A stretch of 63,914 nt of DNA, filler included. It is 7 parts of 7 records of this genome, joined end to end, with 100 filler letters (N's around TTAATTAATTAA, not from the genome) between each part and the next. Parts side by side here need not be neighbours in the genome. Positions count along the whole stretch, not along the records: positions 18,962 to 32,055 come from SRR31147125_2404; 6 more parts are not named here. One strand, given 5' to 3'. The translations under genes and the position numbers were made by a program. Below, piece after piece: positions 19,406 to 29,203 of this stretch (positions are counted from its first letter, which is position 1; each line of letters opens with the position of its first letter). The notes below the pieces were generated by a model. The model was given only the letters and a program-made list of their open reading frames with translations. It was not told the origin of the DNA and did no database searches.

Positions 19406-20107
19406 TTGTCGAATAAAGATTTTCCGAAGCATATAGCAATAATCATGGACGGAAACGGAAGATGGGCAAAATCTAAAGGAAAACCAAGACTCTTTGGACA
19501 TAAAGCTGGTGCCGATACTGTAAGAAGAATATTATCAGAAGCTGGGAAATTAGGAGTAAAACATTTAACCTTATATGCTTTTTCAACTGAAAACTGGAAG
19601 AGGTCAGACCTAGAGGTTAACGGCCTGATGAAACTGTTTAAACAATATATAAAAAATGAAAAAGCTGAGTTGATGAAGAATAATGTTAGACTTAGGGTAA
19701 TAGGCAGAAGAGATAGGGTAAGTAAAGATTTGTTGAAAGCAATAGATGAGGCAATTGAATATTTAGATAATAACACAGGAATCACATTAAATTTGGCATT
19801 TAATTATGGTGGAAGAGCAGAAATTGTTGATGCAGTAAATCAACTTATCAAATCAGGAAAAGAGGATATAAGTGAGGAAGATATCCAAGCTCATCTTTAT
19901 GGTGGTCTTGAGCTACCGGATCCTGAGTTGATTATTAGAACTAGTGGAGAATTAAGGTTAAGTAATTTTCTACTATGGCAGGCAGCTTATTCAGAGTTTT
20001 ATGTTACAGATACTTATTGGCCTGATTTTTCCGAAGAGGAATTTAGAGAAGCTATTAACCAGTTTATAAATAGAGATAGAAGGTTTGGTGGAGTAAAGGA
20101 TGCTTAA
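19406..20107 (+). CDS. uppS: Undecaprenyl diphosphate synthase
   Basis: 'HIAIIMDGNGRWA', 'YAFSTENWKR', 'IRTSGELRLSNFLLWQ'. Confidence 0.96.
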   Translation: MSNKDFPKHIAIIMDGNGRWAKSKGKPRLFGHKAGADTVRRILSEAGKLGVKHLTLYAFSTENWKRSDLEVNGLMKLFKQYIKNEKAELMKNNVRLRVIGRRDRVSKDLLKAIDEAIEYLDNNTGITLNLAFNYGGRAEIVDAVNQLIKSGKEDISEEDIQAHLYGGLELPDPELIIRTSGELRLSNFLLWQAAYSEFYVTDTYWPDFSEEEFREAINQFINRDRRFGGVKDA

Positions 20108-20924
20108 TAGAGTTATCGTTGCAGTAATAATAGTACCATTAACAATTTTGATTTTTCTATATGGAGATATTTCTTTGCTCCTTTTGACTAATGTAATAAT
20201 TGGTGCGGCAATGTTTGAAGTATACAAAATGTTGAAAGATAATGGAAAAGAACTTAGTATGCCAATTGGAATGATTTGGGGAATGCTGATACCTAATGTA
20301 TGGTATTTGTCATCAAAGGGTTTACTTCCCTTAAAATTAACTGATGCAATATCAGTAATCGCAATTATATCAATATTATCATATAGAGTTATCCAGAATA
20401 AAGTTGAAAAATCAAGTGAGTTTTTTACATATACAGCATTAGGTGTTTTTTATGTATCTTTTCTATTCTCACATATAATAGGAATAAAATTTTTACCTAA
20501 TGGAAATAAATGGGTAATAACAACACAGGTTTTAGTTTGGATATCTGATACATTTGCATATCTAGTTGGAATCAAGTTTGGTAGAAAATTCTTTAAAAGA
20601 GGGCTTAGTATGGTTAGTCCTAAGAAGTCAATAGAGGGTTCTATTGGTTCATTTGTTTTTACAATAATAATGATGTTTATATTGAGATTAACTCTATTTA
20701 AAGGTGTAGATATACCAATGATACATGTATTTATTATGCCAGTAATAGTGTCAATAGTTGGACAGTTCGGTGATTTATCTGAATCAGTATTCAAAAGAGA
20801 ATTTAATGTAAAAGATTCTAGTAGAATATTAGGTGATCATGGTGGTGTACTTGATAGATTTGATAGTTTAATCTTTGTATTCCCAATAATGTATTACTAT
20901 CTAAAATTATTTATAATAAACTAA
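20100..20924 (+). CDS. cdsA: Phosphatidate cytidylyltransferase
   Basis: 'SPKKSIEG', 'GDLSESVFKR...KDS...HGGVLDRFDS'. Confidence 0.95.
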   Translation: MLNRVIVAVIIVPLTILIFLYGDISLLLLTNVIIGAAMFEVYKMLKDNGKELSMPIGMIWGMLIPNVWYLSSKGLLPLKLTDAISVIAIISILSYRVIQNKVEKSSEFFTYTALGVFYVSFLFSHIIGIKFLPNGNKWVITTQVLVWISDTFAYLVGIKFGRKFFKRGLSMVSPKKSIEGSIGSFVFTIIMMFILRLTLFKGVDIPMIHVFIMPVIVSIVGQFGDLSESVFKREFNVKDSSRILGDHGGVLDRFDSLIFVFPIMYYYLKLFIIN

Positions 20925-20932
20925 AAAATAAA

Positions 20933-20969
20933 AAGGCTTTACTAGAGAGAAATAGTTTAGTAGAGCCTT
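20933..20969 (+). terminator. Hairpin after cdsA (possible terminator)
   Basis: AAGGCTTTACTA/TAGTAGAGCCTT stem; weak T tail. Confidence 0.45.
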
Positions 20970-21116
20970 AAGTTTTACTTGATTAATATGAATTTTGACA
21001 GCTTAATCCGCTGTCTATATTTTTTGAAAAAAATTTATAAAAAAATGAATTTATGTTTATTAAGTAAAATAAACTTTTATGCTACATTAGTTAAGGTAAA
21101 AGGAGAGGTAGGAAGT

Positions 21117-22259
21117 ATGAAAAGGATATCTATACTTGGTTCAACGGGAAGTATTGGTACAAGTGCATTAGATATAGTAAGAAGTGTAAATGACTTACAG
21201 GTAGTTGCTTTGACTGCTCATAGAAATTATGACTTGTTAATAAAGCAGATAAAAGAGTTTAAGCCTAGATATGCTTCAATTGGTACTGAAGAGGGTTATA
21301 AATATGTAAAAGAGACTTGTCCTGAAGTTGAATTATTTATTGGAAATGAAGGTTTAAAAGAGATTGGTAAGATAGAGGAAACAGACATAGTTTTAACTGC
21401 AGTAAGCGGTGCAATTGGAATAGAAGCAACAATAGAAGCGATAAAACTAGAAAAAAGAATAGCATTAGCTAACAAAGAGACAATGGTTGCAGGTGGATAC
21501 TTGATAAATAAATTATTAAAAGAGTATAAAGCTGAAATAATACCTGTTGATAGTGAACATTCAGCTCTATTTCAATCATTGTTAAGTGGTGAAAATAGAG
21601 AGATTGAGAAATTGATTCTAACAGGTAGTGGAGGAACATTTAGAGGTTATACTCTAGAGCAACTGAAAGAGGTAAAACTCGAACAAGCTTTAAAACATCC
21701 AAACTGGTCAATGGGAAAAAAGATTACAATTGACTCATCGAGCCTGTGCAATAAGGGGCTTGAAGTGATAGAGGCACATCACTTATTTAATATTGATTAT
21801 GATAACATCGAGGTTGTAATACACCCGCAAAGCATAATTCACTCAATGGTTGAGTTCTGTGATGGAAGTATAATAGCACAGATGGGTGTTCCAGATATGA
21901 AGATACCAATTCAATATGCTTTTACTTATCCTCGTAGAAAAACAAGTGATATAGTAGAAAGATTAGATTTTAAGAAGTTTAATAATTTAACTTTTGAAGA
22001 GCCTAATCATTCAGTATTTAAAGGACTTGAACTTGCATACAGAGCAGGTAGAGCAAGTCAATCAATGCCTATAGTATTTAATGCTGCAAATGAGGAAGCG
22101 GTAGACCTGTTTTTAAATAAAAAAATAGATTTTTTAGATATCTATAAAATAATTGATATCGAGATGACAGCTCATAAAGCGGTTAATGCAATGGATTTAG
22201 ATGTAATAAAAGCAGTAGATACAGAAACTAGAAATAGGATTAGAAAAGTATACCTTTAG
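21117..22259 (+). CDS. dxr: 1-deoxy-D-xylulose-5-phosphate reductoisomerase
   Basis: 'LGSTGSIG', 'LANKET', 'PVDSEH', '[14 protein letters not shown]'; AGGAG RBS supports ATG at 21117. Confidence 0.96.
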   Translation: MKRISILGSTGSIGTSALDIVRSVNDLQVVALTAHRNYDLLIKQIKEFKPRYASIGTEEGYKYVKETCPEVELFIGNEGLKEIGKIEETDIVLTAVSGAIGIEATIEAIKLEKRIALANKETMVAGGYLINKLLKEYKAEIIPVDSEHSALFQSLLSGENREIEKLILTGSGGTFRGYTLEQLKEVKLEQALKHPNWSMGKKITIDSSSLCNKGLEVIEAHHLFNIDYDNIEVVIHPQSIIHSMVEFCDGSIIAQMGVPDMKIPIQYAFTYPRRKTSDIVERLDFKKFNNLTFEEPNHSVFKGLELAYRAGRASQSMPIVFNAANEEAVDLFLNKKIDFLDIYKIIDIEMTAHKAVNAMDLDVIKAVDTETRNRIRKVYL

Positions 22260-22283
22260 AGCAGAAACTTAGATGGAGGAGAA

Positions 22284-22967
22284 ATGGGAAAATTAATAGT
22301 TATTGAGGGAACGGACAGTAGCGGTAAACAGACTCAAACTGAAAAACTTTATGATAGATTAAAAGCTGAGAACTTGAAAATCAAAAAGGTGTCTTTTCCA
22401 AATTATGATAGTCCGGCTTCTGAGCCAGTTAAAATGTATTTGGCTGGGGAGTTTGGTAAAGATGCAGGAGAAACAAATCCATACCCAGTATCTACAATGT
22501 ATGCAATTGATAGATACGCGTCATTTAAAACAGAATGGCAGAGTTTTTATGATGAAGATGGGGTAATAGTATCAGATAGATATACTACATCAAATATGGT
22601 GCATCAAGCTTCGAAAATAAATAACATAGATGAAAAAACTAAATATCTAGATTGGCTTATAGACCTAGAGTATAAAAAAATGAACCTACCTGAGCCTAAT
22701 ATGGTAATATTTCTAAATATGCCTACAGAGACGGCGTACGAGCTTATGAGTGAGCGTAAAAATAAAATCACAGGAGAAAGTCAGAAGGATATTCATGAAA
22801 ATGACAGAGAGTATATGAAAGCTTCCTACGATAATGCATGTTATATAGCTGAAAAATACAATTGGTTTGAAATAAAATGTGTTGAAAACGGTAAATTGAA
22901 AACAATAGATAAAATTAATGATGAGGTCTACAGAGCGGTAAAAGAAATGATTGGAGATGGAAAATGA
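22284..22967 (+). CDS. tmk: Thymidylate kinase
   Basis: P-loop 'IEGTDSSGKQTQ' and 'DRY' motif; dxr-tmk-rseP order recalled from Fusobacteriota. Confidence 0.88.
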   Translation: MGKLIVIEGTDSSGKQTQTEKLYDRLKAENLKIKKVSFPNYDSPASEPVKMYLAGEFGKDAGETNPYPVSTMYAIDRYASFKTEWQSFYDEDGVIVSDRYTTSNMVHQASKINNIDEKTKYLDWLIDLEYKKMNLPEPNMVIFLNMPTETAYELMSERKNKITGESQKDIHENDREYMKASYDNACYIAEKYNWFEIKCVENGKLKTIDKINDEVYRAVKEMIGDGK

Positions 22968-23983
22968 ACATATTATTAACACTTATAATACTTAGTGTGA
23001 TTATATTTATCCATGAGTTAGGGCACTTTATCTCAGCGAAACTATTTAAGATGCCAGTTAGTGAATTCGCAATGGGAATGGGGCCGAAACTTCTAAGTTA
23101 TAAAGGAAAAAACACACTCTACAGTGTTAGAGGAATCCCTATGGGAGGATTTGTAAATATTGATGGAATGGAGATAGATAATCCAGTAGAAAATGGCTTT
23201 AATACTAAACCTGCTTGGCAGAGATTTATAGTATTATTTGCAGGTGTATTTATGAATTTTCTATTAGCACTAGTTATTATAGTTCCGTTTACTATGATGG
23301 TAGGAAAGGTTGTGGCTGAGAAGGAGCCAATCATTGGTTATCTTGACGCTAAGGCACCAGCAGCAAAGTACATTAGCTTAGATGATAAAATAGTTGAGAT
23401 GGATGGTCAATCGGTGAACTCTTGGGAAGATGTTTCTAGGATATCAGCTGAGAAAACAGATGGAGATCTACAAATAAAAGTTCTTAGAGACGGTGAAATA
23501 CTTGAGTTTGATGTACAACTAATGTATTCACAGGATAGAGAAAGATATCTAATTGGAATAAACAGAAAGTATAGAATAGAGAAATATGAGTTTGTGGAAG
23601 GATTTAAAGCTGGCTTAGCAGATTATTTCAATATATTTAAGCAAACTTTTACAGGATTTAAGATGATGATAACTGGAAAAGTAAAAGCAAAAGAGATAGC
23701 TGGCCCAGTAGGTATGGTTAGAGTAGTTGATCAGTTTGCAAAAGATGGTATAATGAGCTTAGTTGGACTGACAGCTTTATTATCTATTAATATTGGAATA
23801 TTCAATTTGTTTCCACTACCTGCACTTGATGGAGGAAGAATCATCTTCGTTTTCCTTGAGATGTTAGGTGTTGAGGTAAATAAAAAAACAGAAGAGAAGA
23901 TTCACACTGCTGGAATAATAATTTTACTTGGTTTATTTGTATTAATCACAGGAAATGATTTGAAAAATTTATTTGTTGGATAG
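22964..23983 (+). CDS. rseP: Site-2 (M50) intramembrane zinc protease with PDZ domain
   Basis: 'HELGH', 'NLFPLPALDGGR'. Confidence 0.94.
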   Translation: MNILLTLIILSVIIFIHELGHFISAKLFKMPVSEFAMGMGPKLLSYKGKNTLYSVRGIPMGGFVNIDGMEIDNPVENGFNTKPAWQRFIVLFAGVFMNFLLALVIIVPFTMMVGKVVAEKEPIIGYLDAKAPAAKYISLDDKIVEMDGQSVNSWEDVSRISAEKTDGDLQIKVLRDGEILEFDVQLMYSQDRERYLIGINRKYRIEKYEFVEGFKAGLADYFNIFKQTFTGFKMMITGKVKAKEIAGPVGMVRVVDQFAKDGIMSLVGLTALLSINIGIFNLFPLPALDGGRIIFVFLEMLGVEVNKKTEEKIHTAGIIILLGLFVLITGNDLKNLFVG

Positions 23984-24021
23984 ATTATAAATGTATTGAA
24001 AAATAAAGAAAAAAATAACTT

Positions 24022-24050
24022 GGACGTAAAGTTTACTTTACGTCTTTTTT
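24022..24050 (+). terminator. Intrinsic terminator after rseP
   Basis: GGACGTAAAG/CTTTACGTCT stem followed by a T run. Confidence 0.8.
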
Positions 24051-24111
24051 CTTATATAATATTGTGATAGATTCCTGGAAATTATATATAATAATATAAA
24101 AAATCAAAATC

Positions 24112-24208
24112 GCAACTTTCGCAGTTGTATTGTGGCAACCTTACGTTGCATCGTTTTATAAAATCGATCAAACGTAAGGTTTGTGCATGTGCCGCATAGG
24201 CACGGTTT
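24112..24208. ncRNA. Unassigned structured element upstream of bioA
   Basis: Three hairpins including a perfect 11-bp stem AACCTTACGTT/AACGTAAGGTT; GC-richer than its flanks. Confidence 0.4.
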
Positions 24209-24265
24209 AAAATCATTAAAATAAAAATAACAAAGTGAATACATAAATGTAAAGAAAGGTGAAAA

Positions 24266-25543
24266 ATGAAAAAGATGGAAGAAAAACATTTGTGGTACCC
24301 ATATGCACAAATGAAAACAAGAAGAGAAGATTATAAAGTTGTGTCAGCTGAAGGAATGTACCTGAAAGTTTATAACTCTGAAAAAGATGAAACGAAAGAC
24401 TTAGTTGATGCAGTATCATCATGGTGGTGTGCAGCTCACGGATATAACAATAAAGAGATAAATAATGCTATTGCAGAACAGATGGGGAAATTTTCTCATG
24501 TAATGCTTGGTGGGCTAACTCATGACCCAGCACTACAATTAGCTGAAAAGTTAGTGGAGATTACACCAGAGGGTTTAAATCATGTATTTTTCTCAGATAG
24601 TGGTTCAGTGGGTGTAGAGGTAGCTCTAAAAATGGCAGTTCAGTATTACTCAAATAAAGGGAATGATAAAAAACTAAAATTTATCTCTCTATCTCATTCA
24701 TATCACGGAGATACATTTAAAACAATGGAGGTTGGGGATGACCCGGACTATCACCATGCATTTAAAGGCTTGTTTACAAATGCCTATCATGTACCAGCGC
24801 CAACAGGTAAAGATGCCAGTTTAGATGATATGTCAAAAGAGATAGAAGCTCTTGAAAATTGTATGAAGGAACACCATGAAGAGGTAGCGGCGTTTATTGT
24901 TGAACCTTTACTACAAGCTGGCGGAGGATTTAATTTCTATAATCCCAAATATTTGGAGAAGGCAAGAGAGCTTTGTGATAAATATGAAATTTTATATATC
25001 TTTGATGAGGTAGCAACTGGCTTTGGTAGAACAGGTAAAATGTTTGCTGCAGATCATTGTAATATAATACCTGATATATTAGTTATGGGGAAAGCCTTAA
25101 CCGGTGGATATCTCGGACATGCTGCAACACTAGCAACTACTAAAGTGTTTGAGGCTTTTTATTGTGATGATCCAGACAAATCATTTATGCACGGACCTAC
25201 ATTTATGGGAAATGCACTTACTTGTGCAGCAGCACTTAAAAGTATAGAGATATATGAGAGGGAGAACTATTTAGCTAGAATATTAGAAATAGAAAATAAA
25301 ATAAAAAAAGAGATAAATAAAATTGAATCAGATAAAATTGTAGATAAAAGAGTGTTAGGAGTAACAGGTGTATTTGAAGTTGCCGATTCATCTAGTCTAA
25401 AAGGGCTTCAAGAGTTCGCTTATGACAGAGGTGTTTGGTTAAGACCATTTCTGAACTTCGTATACCTAATGCCACCATATATCATAAAAGATGAAGAGAT
25501 AGAGAAAATCATCTCTGTAATAAACGAATGGTTTAGTAGATAA
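24266..25543 (+). CDS. bioA: Adenosylmethionine-8-amino-7-oxononanoate aminotransferase
   Basis: 'LWYPYAQM', 'DAVSSWW', 'DSGSVGVEVALK', 'FDEVATGFGRTG', PLP Lys in 'GKALTGG'. Confidence 0.95.
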   Translation: MKKMEEKHLWYPYAQMKTRREDYKVVSAEGMYLKVYNSEKDETKDLVDAVSSWWCAAHGYNNKEINNAIAEQMGKFSHVMLGGLTHDPALQLAEKLVEITPEGLNHVFFSDSGSVGVEVALKMAVQYYSNKGNDKKLKFISLSHSYHGDTFKTMEVGDDPDYHHAFKGLFTNAYHVPAPTGKDASLDDMSKEIEALENCMKEHHEEVAAFIVEPLLQAGGGFNFYNPKYLEKARELCDKYEILYIFDEVATGFGRTGKMFAADHCNIIPDILVMGKALTGGYLGHAATLATTKVFEAFYCDDPDKSFMHGPTFMGNALTCAAALKSIEIYERENYLARILEIENKIKKEINKIESDKIVDKRVLGVTGVFEVADSSSLKGLQEFAYDRGVWLRPFLNFVYLMPPYIIKDEEIEKIISVINEWFSR

Positions 25544-25615
25544 GAAAAAGGCAAACTAGAAAAAGTTTTGAGAATAACAGAATAAATTTTTCTAAATGAT
25601 TTAAAAAAGAATTTT

Positions 25616-25646
25616 AAGGAATTCCAACTTTCGGAGTTCCTTTTTT
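25616..25646 (+). terminator. Intrinsic terminator after bioA
   Basis: AAGGAATTCC/GGAGTTCCTT stem followed by a T run. Confidence 0.75.
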
Positions 25647-25689
25647 AGTTTTATCTTTTAAATACAGTCATTTACACAACTTTTACACA

Positions 25690-25735
25690 AATTGACCTGC
25701 AAGTCATTGACTTTCAGGTTAATTTCGAGTATAAT
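25690..25735 (+). promoter_or_regulatory. sigma70 promoter overlapped by a 35-bp palindrome (probable TetR operator)
   Basis: TTGACT (25707)-N17-TATAAT (25730); arms AATTGACCTGCAAGTCA and TGACTTTCAGGTTAATT are complementary at 15 of 17 positions. Confidence 0.75.
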
Positions 25736-25777
25736 GATAAAGTGTAATAAAGAACATATTGAAAGAAAGGAGAATAG

Positions 25778-26392
25778 ATGGCGACAAAAACTAAAGAAAA
25801 AATCCTAATTAGTGCGAAGAAATTAATAGGTAAAAAAGGATATAATAATACAAAAGTAATAGATATTACTAAAGATGCTGGAATAGCAAAAGGAAGCTTT
25901 TATACATACTTTGAAACAAAAGAAGATGTTTTTGTTGAACTGCTGGAGAAGATGTTTGAAAAATTTCATGAAAAATTTGATGATATAGAGTATTCTGGAA
26001 GCTTTGAAAAAGATATAGCTAAATTTATAGAAAATGTGTACTGGTCAGCAACAATAGATAAAACTGGTATTAAAATTATGACAGGAATGTTCATGAGTGC
26101 AGAGCTTTCGGAGAGAATAATTTGTATAAGAAATAAATTTATGCGAGGAACAGAAGCTCACTTAAAAAGATTGTTTGAAAAAAATATTGATTCCTTAACT
26201 CCAGAGGTCATATCAAAACGTCAATATTTAGCACCTGCAATAGAAAAAATGATAAGAGTATATGTTATGACAACAGTTTTAATTGATACAGATTGTGGTG
26301 CTTTTGGTATGGGGGGAGAATTGCCTAAAGAGGAGCAAGATATGCATAAAGATTTTTTGGCTGGAATAATATATAAAGCACTAAAAAAATAA
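25778..26392 (+). CDS. TetR/AcrR family regulator
   Basis: HTH 'DITKDAGIAKGSFYTYFETKE'. Confidence 0.93.
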   Translation: MATKTKEKILISAKKLIGKKGYNNTKVIDITKDAGIAKGSFYTYFETKEDVFVELLEKMFEKFHEKFDDIEYSGSFEKDIAKFIENVYWSATIDKTGIKIMTGMFMSAELSERIICIRNKFMRGTEAHLKRLFEKNIDSLTPEVISKRQYLAPAIEKMIRVYVMTTVLIDTDCGAFGMGGELPKEEQDMHKDFLAGIIYKALKK

Positions 26393-26477
26393 TAAAATAT
26401 TTTAAGAGAAATTGATTAAATTAGAGATGGATACTTTGCTTCTAATCTTTTTCAATTGATATAAGGAGGGAAAAATT

Positions 26478-27743
26478 TTGAAGAAAGCAGCAGTGATACT
26501 GATGTATTTAACATTGGTAATAAATATTTTTGCTGAAAAGATTGTTTTATCACTTGATGAAGCTGTAGAAAGTTCAAAATCAAAGGAAAAACAAATAAAA
26601 CAGGCGGAAATAAACCTTGAAAATTATAAATTACAAAAAAAGGAAGCATTTAAAAGTGCATTACCCCAAGTAACTTACTCAGGTTATTATGGTGTAAATG
26701 AACAGGAAGCATATGGCGAAAACACAATGAATAAATATATACTTAATGTTGCGCAGCCATTGTTTAATGGGTTCAGAATAAAAACTGCAATAGAAAATTC
26801 TGATAAATACTTAAATTTAGGTGAGTTAGCAATAGAAAACTCTAAAAATCAGGTCGGTCTAGGAGTAATAGAAAGTTTTGTTACAATTCAAAAATTAAAT
26901 AAACAGTTAGAGATAATGGAAAATTCCAAAAAAGTTCTAGAAGAAAATCAAACAAGAGTTAGCAGATTATATGAACTTGGTATGGTATCTAAAACTGAAG
27001 TTTTAGATATAAAACAATCATTAATCGAAGTTGAAACAACTATTATCCAACTTGAGAACTCAATTGAGTTAAGTTTAATAGGCTTAAAAAATTCACTTGG
27101 TATTGATATTAACCAAGAGGTTGAAATAAAAGATATAGAAAATACAGATGTTGATACTGACTCAATCGATGTTGATACAGATATAAAAACGGCTAAATCA
27201 GATAATATAGCTATGCAGATGCAAAAGATTACAACAGACTTAACTAAAGCAAGTGAAGTAATTAGCCGTGCTGAGTTAATGCCTTCAATTAATTTAACAG
27301 CTTCTTATGGGAATCAAAGCTATATTTATGGTGAGATTGCAGATGCACTTGAAGCTGATAATATAAATTGGAGTGTTGGAGTGAGTGTTTCAGGAACTAT
27401 TTTCTCATGGGGACAAAAAATAGATCAGTTTAATAGAGCTAAAAACGACACAAGAAATGCCGAATATTCTGAAAGGATAATGGCTGAAAATGTTGAACTG
27501 GGAATAAAATCAGCGTATTTAGAGATACTGAGACTTGATAAGTTAAAAGAAGCTAGAAATAAAGCTCTTGAAAGTTCACAAGAAAGTTTTAAACTTCAGA
27601 AGAAAAGTTATGAAAACCAACTAATTACATCAACTGATTTTCTAAATTCTGAAAATGAACTAAGACAGGCAGAGATCAGTTTAATTGAAACTGAACTAGA
27701 CCTCTACTATGCATATCAAAAATATTTAACACAAACGAAATAA
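26478..27743 (+). CDS. TolC family outer-membrane efflux protein
   Basis: Signal peptide, 'SLDEAV', 'QPLFNG', duplicated OEP-type helical halves; operon context. Confidence 0.88.
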   Translation: MKKAAVILMYLTLVINIFAEKIVLSLDEAVESSKSKEKQIKQAEINLENYKLQKKEAFKSALPQVTYSGYYGVNEQEAYGENTMNKYILNVAQPLFNGFRIKTAIENSDKYLNLGELAIENSKNQVGLGVIESFVTIQKLNKQLEIMENSKKVLEENQTRVSRLYELGMVSKTEVLDIKQSLIEVETTIIQLENSIELSLIGLKNSLGIDINQEVEIKDIENTDVDTDSIDVDTDIKTAKSDNIAMQMQKITTDLTKASEVISRAELMPSINLTASYGNQSYIYGEIADALEADNINWSVGVSVSGTIFSWGQKIDQFNRAKNDTRNAEYSERIMAENVELGIKSAYLEILRLDKLKEARNKALESSQESFKLQKKSYENQLITSTDFLNSENELRQAEISLIETELDLYYAYQKYLTQTK

Positions 27744-27778
27744 TTAAAATTGAAAATAATATATGGGAGGAAATAAAA

Positions 27779-29203
27779 TTGAAAAAGCATTTAAATATAC
27801 TATTGATATTAGGAATAGCTGTATCAATGGCAGCTTGTAGACCTGGAGCAGGAAAACCTGGCGCGGGAAAAGCTGATGAAGCGATGAAACAAAAAGAAGG
27901 AAAAAGTGTAAGAACGGAAGCTGTAAAAGAGGAAGATATTAGAAGAAAGATAAAAACTAACTCAACATTTGTACCTAAAAGTGAAGTTGCTTATACAGCT
28001 CCAGCAGGAGAAGTTGTTAAGATAAACTTTAAAAATGGAGATATGGTAGAAAAAGGAGCTTTAGTAGTTGAGATAGATAGTGAGAGTGTTAAAGGAACTT
28101 ATTTAACAGCTGAAGCAAACTATATGTCAGCAAAAGCAAGTTACGAAGAGACTAAAAAATTTCAAGAGCTTACAGTTAGAAATAACTTTGTAAGTGCAGA
28201 ATCGACGATGATATCGGCAAAAGAAACATATGAAAAAGCATTAAGAGGGGCAAAAGCTGAGCAGATAGCCATATCTGAGTCATCATTAAAATCAGCAGAA
28301 GAGGGCTTAAAGCAATCTGAATTTTCATATGAGAGAAATAAAAAATTATATGAAGAGGAGTTAATCTCTGAACAAGCTTTTGTTAGCATAGAGACTGCGT
28401 ATCAACAAGCATTGGCAAGCTATAATACAGCTAAAAATAGCTTAGAATTAACACTTGAGGGTACAGATGAAGAGGATCTAAGGGCTTTAAAAGCAAGTTA
28501 TGATAGAGCTACAGCAGCGTATGAGCTTGCTAAAAAGAATGTAGAGGCAAAAGCATGGAACTATACAATCACTAGAGTTGAATCTCAGTATAAATCAGCA
28601 AAAGCAAGCTATGACATAGCAAAAGCAAGTTATGATGACTTAACTGTAGAAGCAGAGATTGATGGTGTAATTTCAGGACTAACTGTAAAAAAATATGAAG
28701 ATACTGGTAAAGAGCAAACTTTATTTACAGTTTTAGATGAAAAACAGATGGAATTAACAATTGGTTTAACTGCTAGAGAGCTTGTAGAGTTAGACAGAGA
28801 AGCAGAAGTTGAGGTATACGTAGATGATCTGAAGAAAACTTTTGTAGGAAAAATCATAGAGATTGATCCATCGGCAAATGCACAAACTAATAAATTTAGT
28901 GTAAAAGTAGCTGTGGAAAATGTTGATAATGAACTTAAAAAGGGAATGTACTCAAAAGTATACTTCTTTAGTAAAACTAGAAGAACATTAGTTGTACCTA
29001 AAAAATCAATTGTAATAAAAGATTTATACACTTATGTATTTATAGATAATAACGGAGTTGCTAAGAAAGTTAGAGTTGATTTAGGAATAGGAACAGAGGA
29101 AAAACAAGAGATAATAACTGATGATATCAAAGCAGGAGATAAAGTTGTGGTGGAAGGACAATTCTTCCTAACGGATAACGAGACAATAAAAGAGGTGGAA
29201 TAA
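27779..29203 (+). CDS. RND efflux periplasmic adaptor (lipoprotein, long coiled coil)
   Basis: Lipobox 'SMAAC', lipoyl halves 'GDMVEKG' and 'AEIDGVI', C-terminal 'GDKVVVEG'. Confidence 0.9.
   Translation: MKKHLNILLILGIAVSMAACRPGAGKPGAGKADEAMKQKEGKSVRTEAVKEEDIRRKIKTNSTFVPKSEVAYTAPAGEVVKINFKNGDMVEKGALVVEIDSESVKGTYLTAEANYMSAKASYEETKKFQELTVRNNFVSAESTMISAKETYEKALRGAKAEQIAISESSLKSAEEGLKQSEFSYERNKKLYEEELISEQAFVSIETAYQQALASYNTAKNSLELTLEGTDEEDLRALKASYDRATAAYELAKKNVEAKAWNYTITRVESQYKSAKASYDIAKASYDDLTVEAEIDGVISGLTVKKYEDTGKEQTLFTVLDEKQMELTIGLTARELVELDREAEVEVYVDDLKKTFVGKIIEIDPSANAQTNKFSVKVAVENVDNELKKGMYSKVYFFSKTRRTLVVPKKSIVIKDLYTYVFIDNNGVAKKVRVDLGIGTEEKQEIITDDIKAGDKVVVEGQFFLTDNETIKEVE

Noticed and set aside
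22284..22967. tmk inserted between dxr and rseP as a novel arrangement
   Set aside because: Recalled as the normal gene order in Fusobacteriota
24130..24190. SAM-I riboswitch upstream of bioA (GGCAACC...GGT)
   Set aside because: No ATC-AAGAG P1/J1-2, kink-turn or GGTGCYAA core; only a short motif resemblance
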